DNA of 64,000 nt, taken from the NCBI RefSeq assembly GCF_963921235.1, contig NC_086107.1:101744001-101808000 (forward strand), given 5' to 3'. Source of the DNA: Mobula hypostoma. Taxonomy: Eukaryota. The notes below the pieces were generated by a model that was not told the origin of the DNA, ran no database searches, and saw only the letters and a program-made list of their open reading frames with translations. Within the stretch, counting starts at the first letter, position 1. Each line of letters begins with the position of its first letter. The position numbers and the translations under genes are program-made. Shown here one piece after another: positions 37,522-50,934 of this stretch.

Positions 37522-39039
37522 ATAGGCATGGCCTTCTGCCTGTTTAAGCATTCTCCAAAATGCGGCTATTCATACACTGTTCTCATATCTTTAGAAAGCC
37601 CCCCTCTGTGGTCCAGAAAACTTCCCCCAGCCCCCTTTTAAATGACGCCTATCCCAATAATACTGCTCCCTCTTTCTCCAATATTGGTATCAGTGCCCCA
37701 TAAATTTTCTGGCCATTGATCAGTTGCATAATTGTCTGATCTTATTTGCATTTTAATTTAACTAAAGCTGCTTATCCCTTCAGCAGAACATTTCTTATAG
37801 TTCTTTACAACATTTTCACATGAATTTAGCAACTGGATCTTTCTCCTCCCATACCCATGTTGTTCTCTAGCTACAGCTAGAGTATACTTGGAATAGAGGG
37901 AACACTGTTAAGCTTTACTCATTTGATTTCTGATATGACAGATTTGCTGTATGAGAAGAGTTTAAACAGACTGGGCTTATAACAATAGAATTTAGAAAAG
38001 TGAGAAATGATCTCATTGAAATGTGCAATATTATTCAAGCACATGACAAGATAGATTAGTCCTGATGAAAGGTCTTGGCCAAAACATCGTTGCTCATTTC
38101 CCTCTATCAATGCTGCCTGACGTGCTGAGTTTCTCTAGTATTTTGTGTGTGTTGCTCAAGATTTCCAGCATCTGCAGAATCTCTTGTAGGGTTGTAAGGC
38201 AGGGTAATGTCTCCTGTGGCTGAAGTATCTAAAAGCAGAGTCAGCATCTCAAAATAGGTATCAAACGTTCAAGACCAGTGAAGAGAAACTCCTTCATATT
38301 GAAGGTGGTGAATCTTTACTCAATCACCAGTATGTTCAAGACATTTCAGTGGATTGTTCGTAATTAAAGGAATAAAGAAATATGGAGACACAAGACACTG
38401 CCAGTGCTGGAATCTAGAGCAATAACCCCTGATGTAGGAATACAACCCAAAGAATCAACAATTCCTTTCCCTCCACAAAGTCCCAGGATTTAGACCCAGT
38501 GATAATAAGGGACCAGCTCCACATTGCCAGATACCTAGTGGGAGGAGAAGCTAGAAATATATGTATGCCTTGCTTCCCTGGTCCTTCTCAGTGGTAAAGA
38601 TCATGGGTTTGAGAAAATGAAGGTTGTTCAGAACAAGTCCAAATGATAGGACCTCTAACTGTGCATGTGAGTTTGATGCATTATCTATGTCACAGAAATC
38701 TACTGACCTGGCTTTTACCCTGCATGACTTCTAAATTCAGATATACATTTATCTATCATGTGTCAGCACTTCTATCCAGCCCTAAGCACCCTGCAGGCTG
38801 TCCCCAGGTAATGAATGCTCAACTCATAGACACTCCGAGATAACACAAGTTGAGCATTTGAATGAGCTCCCATAACATTATTAAATTCAAATTTCTTATG
38901 TATGTACTACTAATGGCAGAACTAGTTTTGTATCTCTCTCTCCATTTCCCTTCCCTTATATCCTTTGCCTTTCTCTACCTCTTACACATCAACGGGTTTA
39001 CTATTTTTTGTATTACACTGAAGAAATCCACATGGCCCA

Positions 39040-39270
39040 TCAAGTCTCTGGTGGCTCACAAAGCAATGGTATTCCCTGTAACCTATTCTCCCACAATCCT
39101 ATCAATTCTACCATCTACACACTAGGAACAATCTCATTGCCCAATTAACCTACAAATCAGCATATTTGTGGGATGTCACAGAGAGAATGTTTAAAATCCA
39201 CAGACACTACTGGAGGTTTGGGTAGAACCTGGGTCACTGGAGCCAGGAGACAATAGCACTCCACGCTGTG
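39040..39270 (-). mobile_element. V-SINE-like element
   Basis: Degenerate tRNA head and core. Confidence 0.65.
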
Positions 39271-39659
39271 ACATTTGTTCTACCACTAACATTGACCAAA
39301 ATATTTTTTATTCTTTGCCCCACAGATGCTGTTTCTAGCAATTTCAGTTTATACTCATTTTCAAATCTATCCATGAATTCTCTCCTCCCTATCAGTACAA
39401 TCTTCCACAGGAACTACAGCCCTCTTAGATCTCTACTCTCCTTCACTTACAGCACAGAAAAAAAAAGGACATGGTGAAAATACTCAGCAGGTTAAGTGGC
39501 ATCTGTGAAGAGAAAGAGTTCATATCTCAATTTGAAAACAATTTTTCCAGGTCTGAACCCTGCCTTTACTGATTTTAATTTCTCCAATCCACAGTAATAA
39601 AAGGGCTAACCTCTCCCTCAGTTTTAGTTTCAAAGGAAAGATGACAGCAGATAGAAGAC

Positions 39660-40350
39660 ACCGTACAACACGTTGATAAGGCTGCATCCAGGGTGTTAGG
39701 TACCGCTTTGGTTACTCTGTTCCAGAAAAATATTTAGTGCAAAGACTTACAAGAATGTTGTCAAGTCTCAAGGGCCTGAGTTACAGGAAGAGGTTATGCA
39801 GGCTGAAAAATAGGACATCTTATGAGGGGTCATCTTATAGAAGTGCATGGAATCGCAAGGTGCAGCGGAGTAAATGCAGAGTCTTTTTCAGGGTGTAGGA
39901 AGCAAAAAAAGCTTGAGTCTCAGATGGCGGAGAGAAATTTAGAGAATACCAAGGGGATAATTTTGTCAAGCGGGGGGGGCGGAAGAAGAGTATATATGGA
40001 GTGAGCTGCCATGGGAATTGACTGAGGAAATAAACAACATTGGAAAGACTTTTGGACAGGTATATGGATAGGAAAAGTTTGGATATGGGCCAAATGCAGG
40101 TAAATTGGACCAGTTTAGCTGGACATCTTAGTCAGCATGGTCCAGTTAGTCCATAGGGCCTGCTTCTGTGTATATATTCTATTGCTATATGATATTCTCT
40201 TAGATCTACTGAACTCCTCCAGCACATTATTGCTAAAGGAATATGATATTAGTGCAGGAAGTGGCACTGAAATAAAAGATCAACCATAATATAACTGAAT
40301 GGCAGCACAGGATACAAGGGGCCTAATGGTCTATTCCAGTTTTTATTCTT
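39660..40350 (+). mobile_element. Old CR1 3' fragments
   Basis: Degenerate CR1 3' region. Confidence 0.7.
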
Positions 40351-40574
40351 AAATTAAACCTTCACATTATAGAAGACAATGAACATGCAGTGTGATAACC
40401 TGCAGAGCTAATGACCAAGAACTGGAAAGTGGGATTATACTAATTTTACGCAATTTTAACCAGCATGGTAAGTAATTTCCTGTACTGAAGATTTTAGATG
40501 ATTCAATAAAAACAATCTAACATTAGCATTGAAAGAAAAATGAATTTTACACAATATACTTTCTCCCTCCTTAC

Positions 40575-40736
40575 TGAAATGCTGTTTTCTTCCACAATCT
40601 CTATTACACAAGCAACGCAGATCAGCTGTTCCCTTTCCTCCATATTGTCCCTGAACCGCATTGTCCAATGCCCATCATGGCGGGAATGGTTCCATTCGCA
40701 AACCACATTATAGTTGTCAGGATTCACGTCCTCCAT
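40575..40736 (-). CDS. MEI1: MEI1 coding exon 1 (MEDVNPDNY...HSRHDGHW...LICVACVIEIVEENSIS)
   Basis: Resembles the MEI1 N-terminus as recalled (human HYRHDPRW...RLCLACALELL). 162 nt, phase 0, donor TCA|gtaagg. An upstream acceptor (tttttag) opens the exon at 40757. Confidence 0.9.
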
Positions 40737-40959
40737 TTAGCACAATGGCTCTCCACACTAAAAATGTAATGATTTAATTTAAAAATTGACATTTAAAGTA
40801 TCACTAAACATTAGAAAGTTTCAAATGTTTGTAAACATTTGTAATCAAATACAAATGGGTACCAACTGTTATCTTGCACTGCAGTCATAAAAGGTAATAG
40901 ATCCCAATAATATTTTCAAGTCATTCCCAAATTGGGGAACACAACCTCAAAGAGAGGCT

Positions 40960-41560
40960 TTGAATAGTTAGAGCATTTACAGGAAATACGATAAATAAAA
41001 ACATACTCTGCACTAGCTCATAAATAAGCCACTCATAAGGCTGCTTGGGATTCCCCAGGATCAGCCTTTTAACAACAGCTGTTGGTGTCGGCATCGGCAT
41101 ATAGGGCTGGAGCATGTTTTACCAAGGGTGAAAAAGTGGGGTTTTCATTCATGAATGATTGCCAATCACTGTGTTCATCTCACAGAAACTGGAATAGCAC
41201 AAATTCCTCAATCAACTTTGCAATATCTCCCCAGAAAACCTGCGCTCACGTCCGTGATCCACATAGCTCTCCATTCCCAATCGTCCTCTTAATACACCTG
41301 CTGGACCGTGCTCCCAGTCCCAATAATCCTGTTCTCCCTTCACCGCCCCAGTTTCCCAATATCTTTCACTTCATGCAACAACTCCACAGCTCTCCACATA
41401 TGATCTAAGGTTCTTTATTTTTCATATTCCTCTTCTCACAAAACCACTCTATACCCTGCCCTCCGGCTCCTGATCCATATTCATTATTCTAAGCAATCCT
41501 TCCCTCGCCAAACGTTTGCATAGCCGTCTCAACCTGCTCTCAATGATCGAATAGCCTTGG
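40960..41560 (-). mobile_element. Possible ancient L1/Tx1 ORF2 C-terminal remnant
   Basis: Minus-strand ...MWIT...VFWGDIAKLIEE resembles the L1 C-terminal region. Weak. Confidence 0.35.
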
Positions 41561-41589
41561 AATAACCCAATGACTGTCCTCCCCTCCCC

Positions 41590-42035
41590 TTCTGACGCCG
41601 ATCTCGCTCGTCCGCCGCCGGGCTTCCACGGCTCTCACAGTGTGTTGAATGCTCCCCTCAGAAAGGCCAGACGGCTTCCCCCTCCCCACTCCGGGAAAGA
41701 AGGCCGGCGCCACCCTCGCGCTGTATGCTCGGCGGGCTCAGGGCTCCTCGCGCCTCCCTCCACCGCCGAACAAACGACCAGCGCTCGCGCTCCGGCCGAG
41801 GCCGAGGCCGCCGGCTAACCGCGCGAGGCCACCACATGCTCCGGGCTCCAAGGAGAGGTAATGGAAAGCGCATGCGCAGAGGTGGGACGAGCAAGAACTT
41901 GCCGCTCAAATCCGTCAATTGGGATTCGTCATTCAGCTCCCCGTGTCCGGGGCTGATCGCGAAAACCGGTGGGTCACGGAGGGGCGCGATGTAGTTGAGC
42001 CGATATTGCCTTGGAAAATTCGCACAACCGCCTCT
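41590..42035. promoter_or_regulatory. CpG island / MEI1 promoter, possibly bidirectional
   Basis: The main CpG-dense non-repeat stretch in the window, about 0.9 kb upstream of the MEI1 ATG exon. Contains the NRF1 palindrome GCGCATGCGC (41868-41877), an E2F-like TTTTCGCG on the minus strand (~41957-41965) and YAACNG MYB-like motifs. Confidence 0.8.
41820..41870 (-). other. MEI1: Candidate first (5' leader) exon of MEI1
   Basis: The ATG exon has an upstream acceptor, so an upstream exon is required. A donor GCG|gttagc lies at 41820/41819, just downstream of the NRF1 site. The TSS is unknown. Confidence 0.4.
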
Positions 42036-42984
42036 GACTCCAGGTAAACATTAACTGGAATTATGGAAATTGAAGAAATTACAGCAGTAAGATTATTGTT
42101 CCGTTTGGCATAATTGACTGTGCACTACATCAATACGTTTGTATGTTTAACCAAAATAATCGAATGTGGTGGCATTGATATTATTGTACTCGTATAAAAA
42201 TTAGTAATCATTAACATTTAGAGTTTGAGAATCATGGCATTAAGATATGCTGGAAAAGTACAGAAAACAGCAGATTGAAGCAGTTCTGTTTGTGAAATTT
42301 TCACAGTTAAATATAATCACCAATTTGTTCCAAAAACATTTCCAAAGGTACCCTTCAGATTAATTTAATGTATTTTATTAATATATTCTGGGGTATTCTA
42401 GATCACCTGCACATGCATTGCGGTTTCTTTTATTAGCCAATGAATAAAGCATAGTGAAGAGATAGATAACTGTTTCTAGTCTTTAAAATAGCAGAATCAG
42501 GCAACATTTGTGAAGAAACAAGTTAATGTTTTAGGTCAGTCTCTGTCTTTGAGCAGATACTTCTTGACCTGCTGCTGAGTATTTTCAACATTTTCTGTTT
42601 GTATTGACATTCTTTTGCTTTTTTTATGGATAATCTGTAAACTTTTTGAGCATCTAACCCTTAAATGTTTTATTTTTATTTTAATTGGGTATTTGATACT
42701 GCCTGGAAAAGCTTGAAGCAGTAACACACACAAAATGCTAGAGGAACTGATGCAATCAATCTTGATGAAGGGTTTCAGCCCAAAGCATTGACTCTCCATT
42801 GCTGGTGCCTGATCTACTGAGTTCCTCCATAATCGTGTGTGTGTTTACTCTGGATTTCCAGCATCTGCAGAATTGCTTGTGTTCAAAATTTAAAACAGTG
42901 GGATGATTGAGTTTCTACAAGCACATCCAACATTTCTTACTGTTTTATAGCTCCACCTGTTAGAAATAAACTGATTCTAAGTGA

Positions 42985-43159
42985 AGAACAGGAATTCTGC
43001 AGATGCTGGAAATTCAAGCAACACACATCAAAGTTGCAGGTGAACGCAGCAGGCCAGGCAGCATCTCTAGGAAGAGGTGCAGTCGACGTTTCAGGCCGAG
43101 ACCCTTCGTCAGGACTAACTGAAGGAAGAGTGAGTAAGAGATTTGAAAGTTAGAGGGGC
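42985..43159 (-). mobile_element. Penelope-terminus insertion
   Basis: 16-bp TSD AACTGATTCTAAGTGA (42969-42984 / 43160-43175). Confidence 0.9.
43081..43116 (-). ncRNA. Minimal hammerhead ribozyme motif
   Basis: AGTC CTGACGA AGGGTCTCGGCCT GAAACGTC GACT within the TSD-flanked insertion 42985-43159. Confidence 0.78.
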
Positions 43160-43329
43160 AACTGATTCTAAGTGACTTCAGTTTTACTGGGCCCTTTCAG
43201 ACCACACGCTATCAATTGTTGTCTCAATTTCAGTAATGATGTTCTTATCTCAGGAATTCAATTCTTTTGTCCATCTATGAATAAAGCCAACGTGGAGACT
43301 CAAAGATAAGTGATCCAAATTAAGTGTAA

Positions 43330-44300
43330 TTTCCTGGAGTCTTATTTATTCATTCAGTTTAGGAAGCACGCTATGTTCCCATTGGCCATGAAGAAGGTGC
43401 AAAGCCAGATTTACAACAATGATATCAGACTAAAGGGGTTAGGTTGTGAGAATAATTTGCAAGCTAAGCTTGTACTTCCTTGAGCATGGTAATATTAAGG
43501 GATGATTCAATCCAGGTGTTACAAATGATTAGAAGTATTGATAGAGCAGGTTAAACATTGATCAATACAGCACAGGAACAGGCTTTTCGGTCCACTATGC
43601 CAACCTAAACTAACTCTGACTGCTTATACCTGGTCTGTATCCCTCAATTCCCTGCCAGTTCATGTGCCTGTCTAAATCCCTCCCGAATGTTATTGTACCT
43701 GCTTCCACTGCCACCCCTGGCAGCAGGTTTCAGGCACCTACCGTTGTCTGTTTTCTTTTTAAGGCCTTGTAACTCTCCTTAAACGTTTCCCCTCTTACAT
43801 TAAACTTACATATTTCCACCCTGGGGAAAAAAAGACGCTGACTATCTACCCTGTCTAGACTTCTCTTAATTTATGTCAAGTTGTCCCTCAGGCTTTGATA
43901 CTCCAGAGAAAACAATCCAAATTTGCCCTACCTTCTCTTATAGCTAATACACTCTAATCAAGGCAAGGTCCTCATAAATCTCTTCTGTACCTTATTGCAA
44001 ACTTCCACATCCTTTTGTAATTTGCTGATTAAAATTGCACACAATACTCTAAGTGTGGCTTTACCAAAGTTTTTTAAGCTGCAGCATGACTTACCAACTT
44101 TTATACTCAACACTTCAACTAATGAATGTATGCTGCACATCTTCTTTACCACCTATCTATGTTGTTGCCATTATACTATCTGGAAGTATTTCCTTTACAA
44201 AAGGGTAGTGGAAATCTGGAGACCATTTCCTAAAATTCTACTGAGGCCAAGGGTTCAATTGGAAAGTTGTAAACTGAGATTCATTGAAATTTCTTGAGTA
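43330..44300. mobile_element. CR1 fragments on both strands
   Basis: Minus-strand CR1 3' end (~43565-44170) nested in an older plus-strand CR1. Confidence 0.75.
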
Positions 44301-44789
44301 AAGACACTTGTGAAGTTGTTTAAAAAGATTCATTTTGGACACAGCTGCATTCATAGGGATGGAGATTTCTCTTCAAATTATTCAGCTTCTAAAGTGGCAG
44401 AAGTCAAAGCTGCACCATTGCTCCAGATCTATTCTATATATGTGTAGACTGGGTATGCTGGAAGCTACATTATGCAATGCTTCACTAGCTTAGGCACAAA
44501 CAATGTTGCTGTCCTAACTCTGACATGCTTTGAGTGCCCTTACAAGCTTTCTGAGCAAAATGAATCCCTCTCTTTTATCCTGAAAATAATACTGTTGAGA
44601 ACTAAAATGCAGACTATCAGAGAGCAGCCTTGTGAACTCAGCAATAAACATACCGTGGCAAACAATGTTAGAATGGTAAAATCATTCATCTACCTGTTCA
44701 CAGATCAGCTGTGGTTTGTGACATACAGGTAACAGCAAGGCAGAAATGAAAACTAATATCAGTCTCCTCTATTGATCCAGCGTTACAAT

Positions 44790-45545
44790 GGCAGAAATTC
44801 TTCCTTCCAAATCTTTTGAAAGGCATAGAACTTTCCCCTTAAAGATGTAATGGCAATGCTATTACCTCCTCACCTCCTGTTGCCTAGGGACCAAACATTT
44901 TTTCAGCAATTTGAGCAATTTTTTTCAGCATAGTCTATTACATTTACTGTTAATGATGTGGTATCCTCTATTGGAGAGACCAAATGAACATTGACTAGCA
45001 GCTTTCAAGATCATCTCCATTTGATCCACGTGCATGACCTGGAGTTACCTGTCACTTCAATTATTCGTCTTGTTCCCATTACTTCGCTGTCTGTTTCTGC
45101 ATTGCTCTGATAAAGCAGAATGTAAGCACAAGAAACAGCACCACCTTCCAGCTGGACACAGTAAATCCTTCAAGCTTCATTGAGTTCAATAATTTAGGAT
45201 AATAAGCATTTCTACTCCCACTCCATATTTGCAGCATCTCTTTGAAATGCATTTGGTAATTTTATATAATTGTTCTACACTTTCACTTGCTGTAGTTTTG
45301 TTACCTAGCACTATTATCAATGTTCTTATTTAGGTATAACCTGCTCTCCTTGCCAGTACAAATCTTTCCTTTCATTCTCTCCTTCCACTCCAGTGCCAAC
45401 CCCAGTACCTACCTATTAAAACTAGTGTATTTCTAACTATGCCTTGTTGTGACTGAAGTTCATCAACCTTAAACAATAATTCTTTATCGCTCCAAAGACG
45501 CTGCCTGGCTTGCTGGATATTGCCAGTATTGTTTGTTTTTACGTC
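44790..45545 (+). mobile_element. Old Penelope-like element 3' part (GIY-YIG endonuclease remnant and terminal repeat)
   Basis: ~44957-45198 reads CG..SIGETK*TL..SFQDHL...LPV.HFN...K.QH..FQLDT.NP....IEFNNL. It is followed by a pyrimidine-rich UTR and a degenerate GACGCTGCCTGGCTTGCTG terminus. Confidence 0.75.
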
Positions 45546-45986
45546 TCTTGGTCTTCAGTTTTCCTCCCTTTGATTACACGTCCATGCATTGCTTTATCTA
45601 CAGATTTCGAAATTTTATCCTGTGCCTTCATATCTAATCAGTGATTTGTATTTGAAGTCAGTGTTTTTATACTGCCTCCAATCATTGTCAATATCGATTT
45701 CCCTCCAAACTGAAAAGCAGCCTTTCAGCACAGTTCTGCCTCTGTGGCAACATAGTGTATATGTTACTACTGTTCCTTTCATTCCATAGGCTTCAATTTT
45801 TCAATTTTGCTTACCAGTTTTTTCTCTTAAGCAGTGACTTGCTTCTACCACAGCTCTGTGAATTCTGAAGTTCCTAATGGGTCCTTGTGGCATCTACACA
45901 AATGAAGCAGCTGTTGTTTGAAAGAATGGGTGTATAGTTTGTTCAGATTGTTGGTCTCCACATCTTGCTGGTGAAGAGAATCAAAA

Positions 45987-46443
45987 GACACAAGAGATAC
46001 TGCAGATGCTAGAAATCTTGAGCAACACACACAAAATGTTAGAAGAACTCAGATTAGGTAGCATCTATGGAAGGAAATATTTTAGTCTGAGACCCTTCAA
46101 CAGGACTGAGACTGTTTATTTCTCTCCAAAGATGCTACCTGATCTGCTGAGTTTCTCCATAATTTTGTATAAAGAGAATCAAAATACCTGTTATAATCCT
46201 GGATGTTCCTCCACCAAAAGAAGTTCAAAGAATGCTGGAGTGGTCTTGACTCAAGTGTTAGCACTTCAGTTAAGTGAACCATTGAGTATGTTCCATTTCT
46301 TCAATAATATCCTGAAATTCTCTGTGAAGTAATATCTCTGTGCTGGAAGCAACACGCACAAAATGCTGGAAGAACTTAGGCCAGGCAGCATCTATGGAAA
46401 AGAGTAAACGGTTGACATTTCGGGCTAAGACCCTTCAACAAGA
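45987..46443. mobile_element. Two Penelope-terminus insertions
   Basis: TSDs AAGAGAATCAAAA (45974-45986 / 46172-46184) and CTGTGCTGGAAG (46338-46349 / 46444-46455). Confidence 0.8.
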
Positions 46444-48569
46444 CTGTGCTGGAAGTTGGTTTGCCTCATTGAAGTTCAGATTAGATTACCTGTTTTAGAA
46501 ATTTAATGTTCACAGTGTGGCCTAGCCATTGTAGTTGATGGACATGATCAGAGCCTTAGTGCTTGGGTTGATGATATATAAGAGAACAGTAATAATAAAT
46601 TACGGATCCTAGCTAGTGTCATTGAAGGATTTTTACTAGAGGCAGATTTGTTAAGGCTGCGACAGTGCTTTGAGGTACTTATGGTAAATTGTCTATGATC
46701 TAAGTGTACAGAACAATGGGATCACTGCTTTTTGGTAGATCAAAAAACATTTTATCTCCGATGGCTGATGGCTTCACCTGCTCATTAAGGAGGCTGTCAA
46801 TTACATCATTGAAGTTGTTCTTCAGATATGGGAAGTGATCTACATCCTCCAGGACCTTGTTATAGATCTTTATTACTGGGGAATGGCTATGTTGTGCAAT
46901 GCAGACAGAATGATGAAGGATTTTTGTGTATGCCTGTGATTCAATTGCTCATTTAGACACTTAAATGCTCTCAGCAACACAGCATTAACCACTCTTTCAG
47001 GCGATGGCATTCCAGATACTTTCTACTCTCTGGGTGAAGAAAATCCTCCTCAGATGCCTTCTAAATCTTTCCCATTACCCTAACCTAGGTCCTCTAGTTT
47101 TATCTACTTTTGATACTGTGAGTTTTTTTTTGAGAATTTTATCAAGCACTCCATAAGAAATCTACAGCAGCACCATCATCAGCTTTCTGCTGTGGTAACA
47201 TATGATGAGTCATATATAATTTTGGGTTTGTGCACAATAGTTGTTTCTTTAATTCCTATGCTCCTTCAAGCATTTTAATTCTATCAGTTCCTCCGAAAAA
47301 CAGATGCCCCAAAGCTCTAGTGATCCATGTTTGATTCTGAGGGAGAATTAGCTGTAGGGAAATAAGTAAGAGAATGGAATTTGATGAGATTGCTCTGAGA
47401 GCCAGCATTGACTCAGTGGCTGAATGTGTTCCTTTTTTTGTCATAAGATAAAATGAGAAAGATCAGCATTGTTTTATATGCAAAGTGGCCTAGTATTGAA
47501 GCAGATTATGAGGACAGAACATTCCAGAACAAGGTGGTTGAAATGCCGAATGATTCTGCAAGTTATTTAATGAATACGTTACATCTGTTGATAGTTTAAA
47601 TTAACAGCCATTTTCTGTATCTTAGAGATACTGAGACGTCTTCTTATCTGTGACCTTTCCAGTGAATATCATTTCTGAAAACTTCTCTACCACCTAGGTT
47701 AAACTGGCCAGCCTACCTCATATTTGAATGGTGTGCACTTGGCATTCTCTGGTCCTCTAGTGCTACTTCTGTGGTACATCTTCCTTAAGCCCATGTAATC
47801 TCCTCTGATATCACCCTGCATTCTCTTACTTGGTTTTTAAAAAAATGTATTTGCCATATCCTGTCTCAATGCACAGATCCTTTGTTGGCTACACCCATCC
47901 TCTTATTGCCCGTGTCTAACTATATGCTCACAGGAAAATTCTGCCTTCATTTTATAAATCATTTGAGTGAGATACAAAAAGTACTTAGTATTCCAGAAAG
48001 ATAATATTTAATACATTTTAAGTCTTTTTGTGTTTTTCTGCACCACTTTAACATTGAAGGAGCAGAGAATGATTTTGCCTTTCACTCCTTAACAAAATTA
48101 CTCTCCCTCTTTTGTTCCTTTCCTTATTTTTTTTTGTATGCAGGCATATTTAACAGTTCGACCTGTCTTTACTAGCTGTGTTTAAAACAAGTGCCAGTTG
48201 AATCTCTGGTCTTCCTAATTACTTTTCAACAAAAAAATCATTGCTTTATGGAAAAAACATGGAGTTTATTGTAGAAAATGGATCATCTGACCACAATGCT
48301 ACTGATAGCTTTTCAAATTAGCAATCCCTACTCACTCATCTATACTTTTAAATACTTTTCTAATAATCAGATATGATCTTACTGAGTGGTAGAAGAGATT
48401 TTAAAGCCTCAATATTGTTGTGAACTATACTACTTTATAGAATTAATGCAACATCCGTATAGCTCTAAGCCACTCACTTAGTGCCAACATCATTCTCATG
48501 AATTCATTATGTCCCAAGGCAACAGCAGAGAACTTCTTCACCAGCTGAAAATAATAGGTGAGCTCCATA

Positions 48570-49160
48570 ATATTAGATCTTTAGATTATGAGGACACGCA
48601 GTCCTCTTTTGCATGCATTAAGAAATGATACAATATTCCTCCGGTGTGATATCACAGAAACACAGGACAGACCAAGACAGAAAAACTAACAAAAAACACA
48701 TAATTATAACATATAGTTACAACAGTGCAACAATACCATAACTTGATGAAGAACAGGCCATAAGCACAGTAAAAAAAAGTTCAAAGTCTCTCGAAAGTCC
48801 CACATCTCCCGCAGACGGGAAAAGGAAGAAAACTCTCCCTGCCATGCCCGACCACAGTCCAACTCTGAGTCGTCTGAAACTTCGAGCTCCAACCAGCCCT
48901 CCGACACCAAGTACCGAGCACCATCTCTGCCGAACGCTTCGGCCCCAGCCTCGGTCGCCAGCAGCAGGCAAAGCCGGGGATTTTGGGGCCTTCCCTCCGG
49001 AGATTCTCGATCGCACAGTAGCAGCAGCAGCAAAGCAGGCATTTCAGAAACTTCTCCAGATGTTCCTCTGTGCTTCTCACATCTGTCTCCATCAAATCAG
49101 AATTGTGCATGGCATCCTACTTACAAATACGATATCATTTCACTGGAGAGCTGCGCTTAG
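48570..49160 (-). mobile_element. CpG-retaining LINE 3' UTR-like repeat (probably Rex-type)
   Basis: GC-rich segment ending in a short ATCTAA-like tail on the minus strand. No coding similarity recognised. Confidence 0.5.
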
Positions 49161-50934
49161 GGATATATCTTCTGATCTCCTGCAAAAATCTGACAAGGAT
49201 GCAGATTTTAAATTAACCAATGCATGTAACTAGATATGAAATATGTAAAACATGTTCAAAAGGAAATAAACTATGTAAGAGTTCTGCTTCTCTCTGTTCC
49301 TAATGGCAATGAAAATAGTCTTACCAAATGCAGTACCAAACAGGCCTTTCAGACCACTGTGTCTATACTGTCATGTGGTTACCAACAAATTCATGAGATG
49401 CCTTAGCAGTTTCTCTCTGTTCAATTTTATGAAAGATCACCTTTTTTTTCATCTTTACTATGGTCAAGTATTTGCATCATCATTAACTTGCTGAGCCTTG
49501 TTGCTGTGCAATTAACTTCCTTATAAATAAACTTGATTATTAGCGTTAGGCTGAGCATAACAATTTGGCAGGATGGTATTTATTGCTTTTGAAATAGAGG
49601 TTGAGATGGGCATCTTAAGTGGTCTCTAAAGTGTTATACTGTAATTAAAGAATAATTGTTAGTTCAGTAGCATATTGTTCCATTCATGGTGCATGTAAGG
49701 GCACAGGTTTCAATTCACCATGCCCTGTTGGTAAAGCAGCCTGTTGATGGAAGCCACTTTAATGTTGGGATCAATGATTGAAGTGTGAGCAGAAAACTCA
49801 GGCTTTAACATCAGTAAATACACTGTAATACTTCTTTATCACTTTGTTTCAATGAGTTTAAATAAAGCAACATAAAACAGCATTAAACAAATTTAAGCAA
49901 TTTCATTATACCATGTAACTACTTCCTTTGTAACTAAGTGCTAAAACTTCTCCAAGGGCACCACTAACTTCACATTCAGTGGCAACGTCTGATCTGAAAT
50001 TATTTTGGCAACATTAGTGCTGAAACCATGTTAGTGAATAAACCATGTTATTAAAAAGCACATTTTCACATGTTCCTCAATTCTTAATGTCTGTAGTGGC
50101 TTTTCTCTGCAAGGTGGTACCAGAAATGAAGGATATATATAGAGCCCTAAAGTAGCTGAAATAATTCAAAAATTCAAAGGTCAAAGTAAATTTATTACCA
50201 AAGTACATGTATGTCACCATATATTACCATGAGATTTGTTTTCTCGCAGATATAAACTGTACATTTAGACTCCTCATCCTAAGGAACACAATATCATGAT
50301 CAACACATATAACATACAAGCTGAAAGAAATACATCATTACTTTGTTAGCAATAATATTGTGTGTTATGCTGGGAATGTAAGGATGTAAGATGACAATTC
50401 TGCCTAAAGAGTACAGATATTGATACAGGAATTAATCTGAGCATTCGGTGAATGAGACCAAAAGATGTGTTTGGTGCCAGCTTGAAGGTAGAGGTGCCAG
50501 AAACGTTTCTAAATTCTGTGGAGGCGAGTGGAATGGAAAATGAGGACAAAAAAAACTGGGAAGGAGTAGAGGGGGCAAAATGAAATTGTTGAAAATGGAA
50601 TGGACATAGTCAAAGATCCTAGAAAATGTGGGAATGAATTCCCTGATGAGGAAAAATGAAATCATCTCAGGAACATTGGAAAGGAAGATGGCATTATAAG
50701 AACAAATGTGACAAAGGGAAAGAAACTAGAAGAATGAACTTCCCTTACAGGAAGCAGGGTGGTATAAGACATACCCAAAGCAGCTACCAATATAGGAATT
50801 GTAGTATGAGAGGCTTGTTCCCTGAAATGTCAACAGGATAGTTGAGGGAGAAGGAAGTTAAGAATCTGAAATTGACCAAATCGGTGAGTGGCAGCAAAGC
50901 TTTTACTTCAGGGTTTGATTAAGAAGTAGGATAC

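Noticed and set aside
41570..41994. Several ORFs in the GC-rich region
   Set aside because: Expected stop-codon scarcity in a CpG island; low-complexity Arg/Pro/Ala peptides.
48704..49233. Four overlapping ORFs and CpG richness suggesting a gene or second promoter
   Set aside because: Bounded like a retroelement 3' UTR with a short tandem tail; no splice structure or homology.
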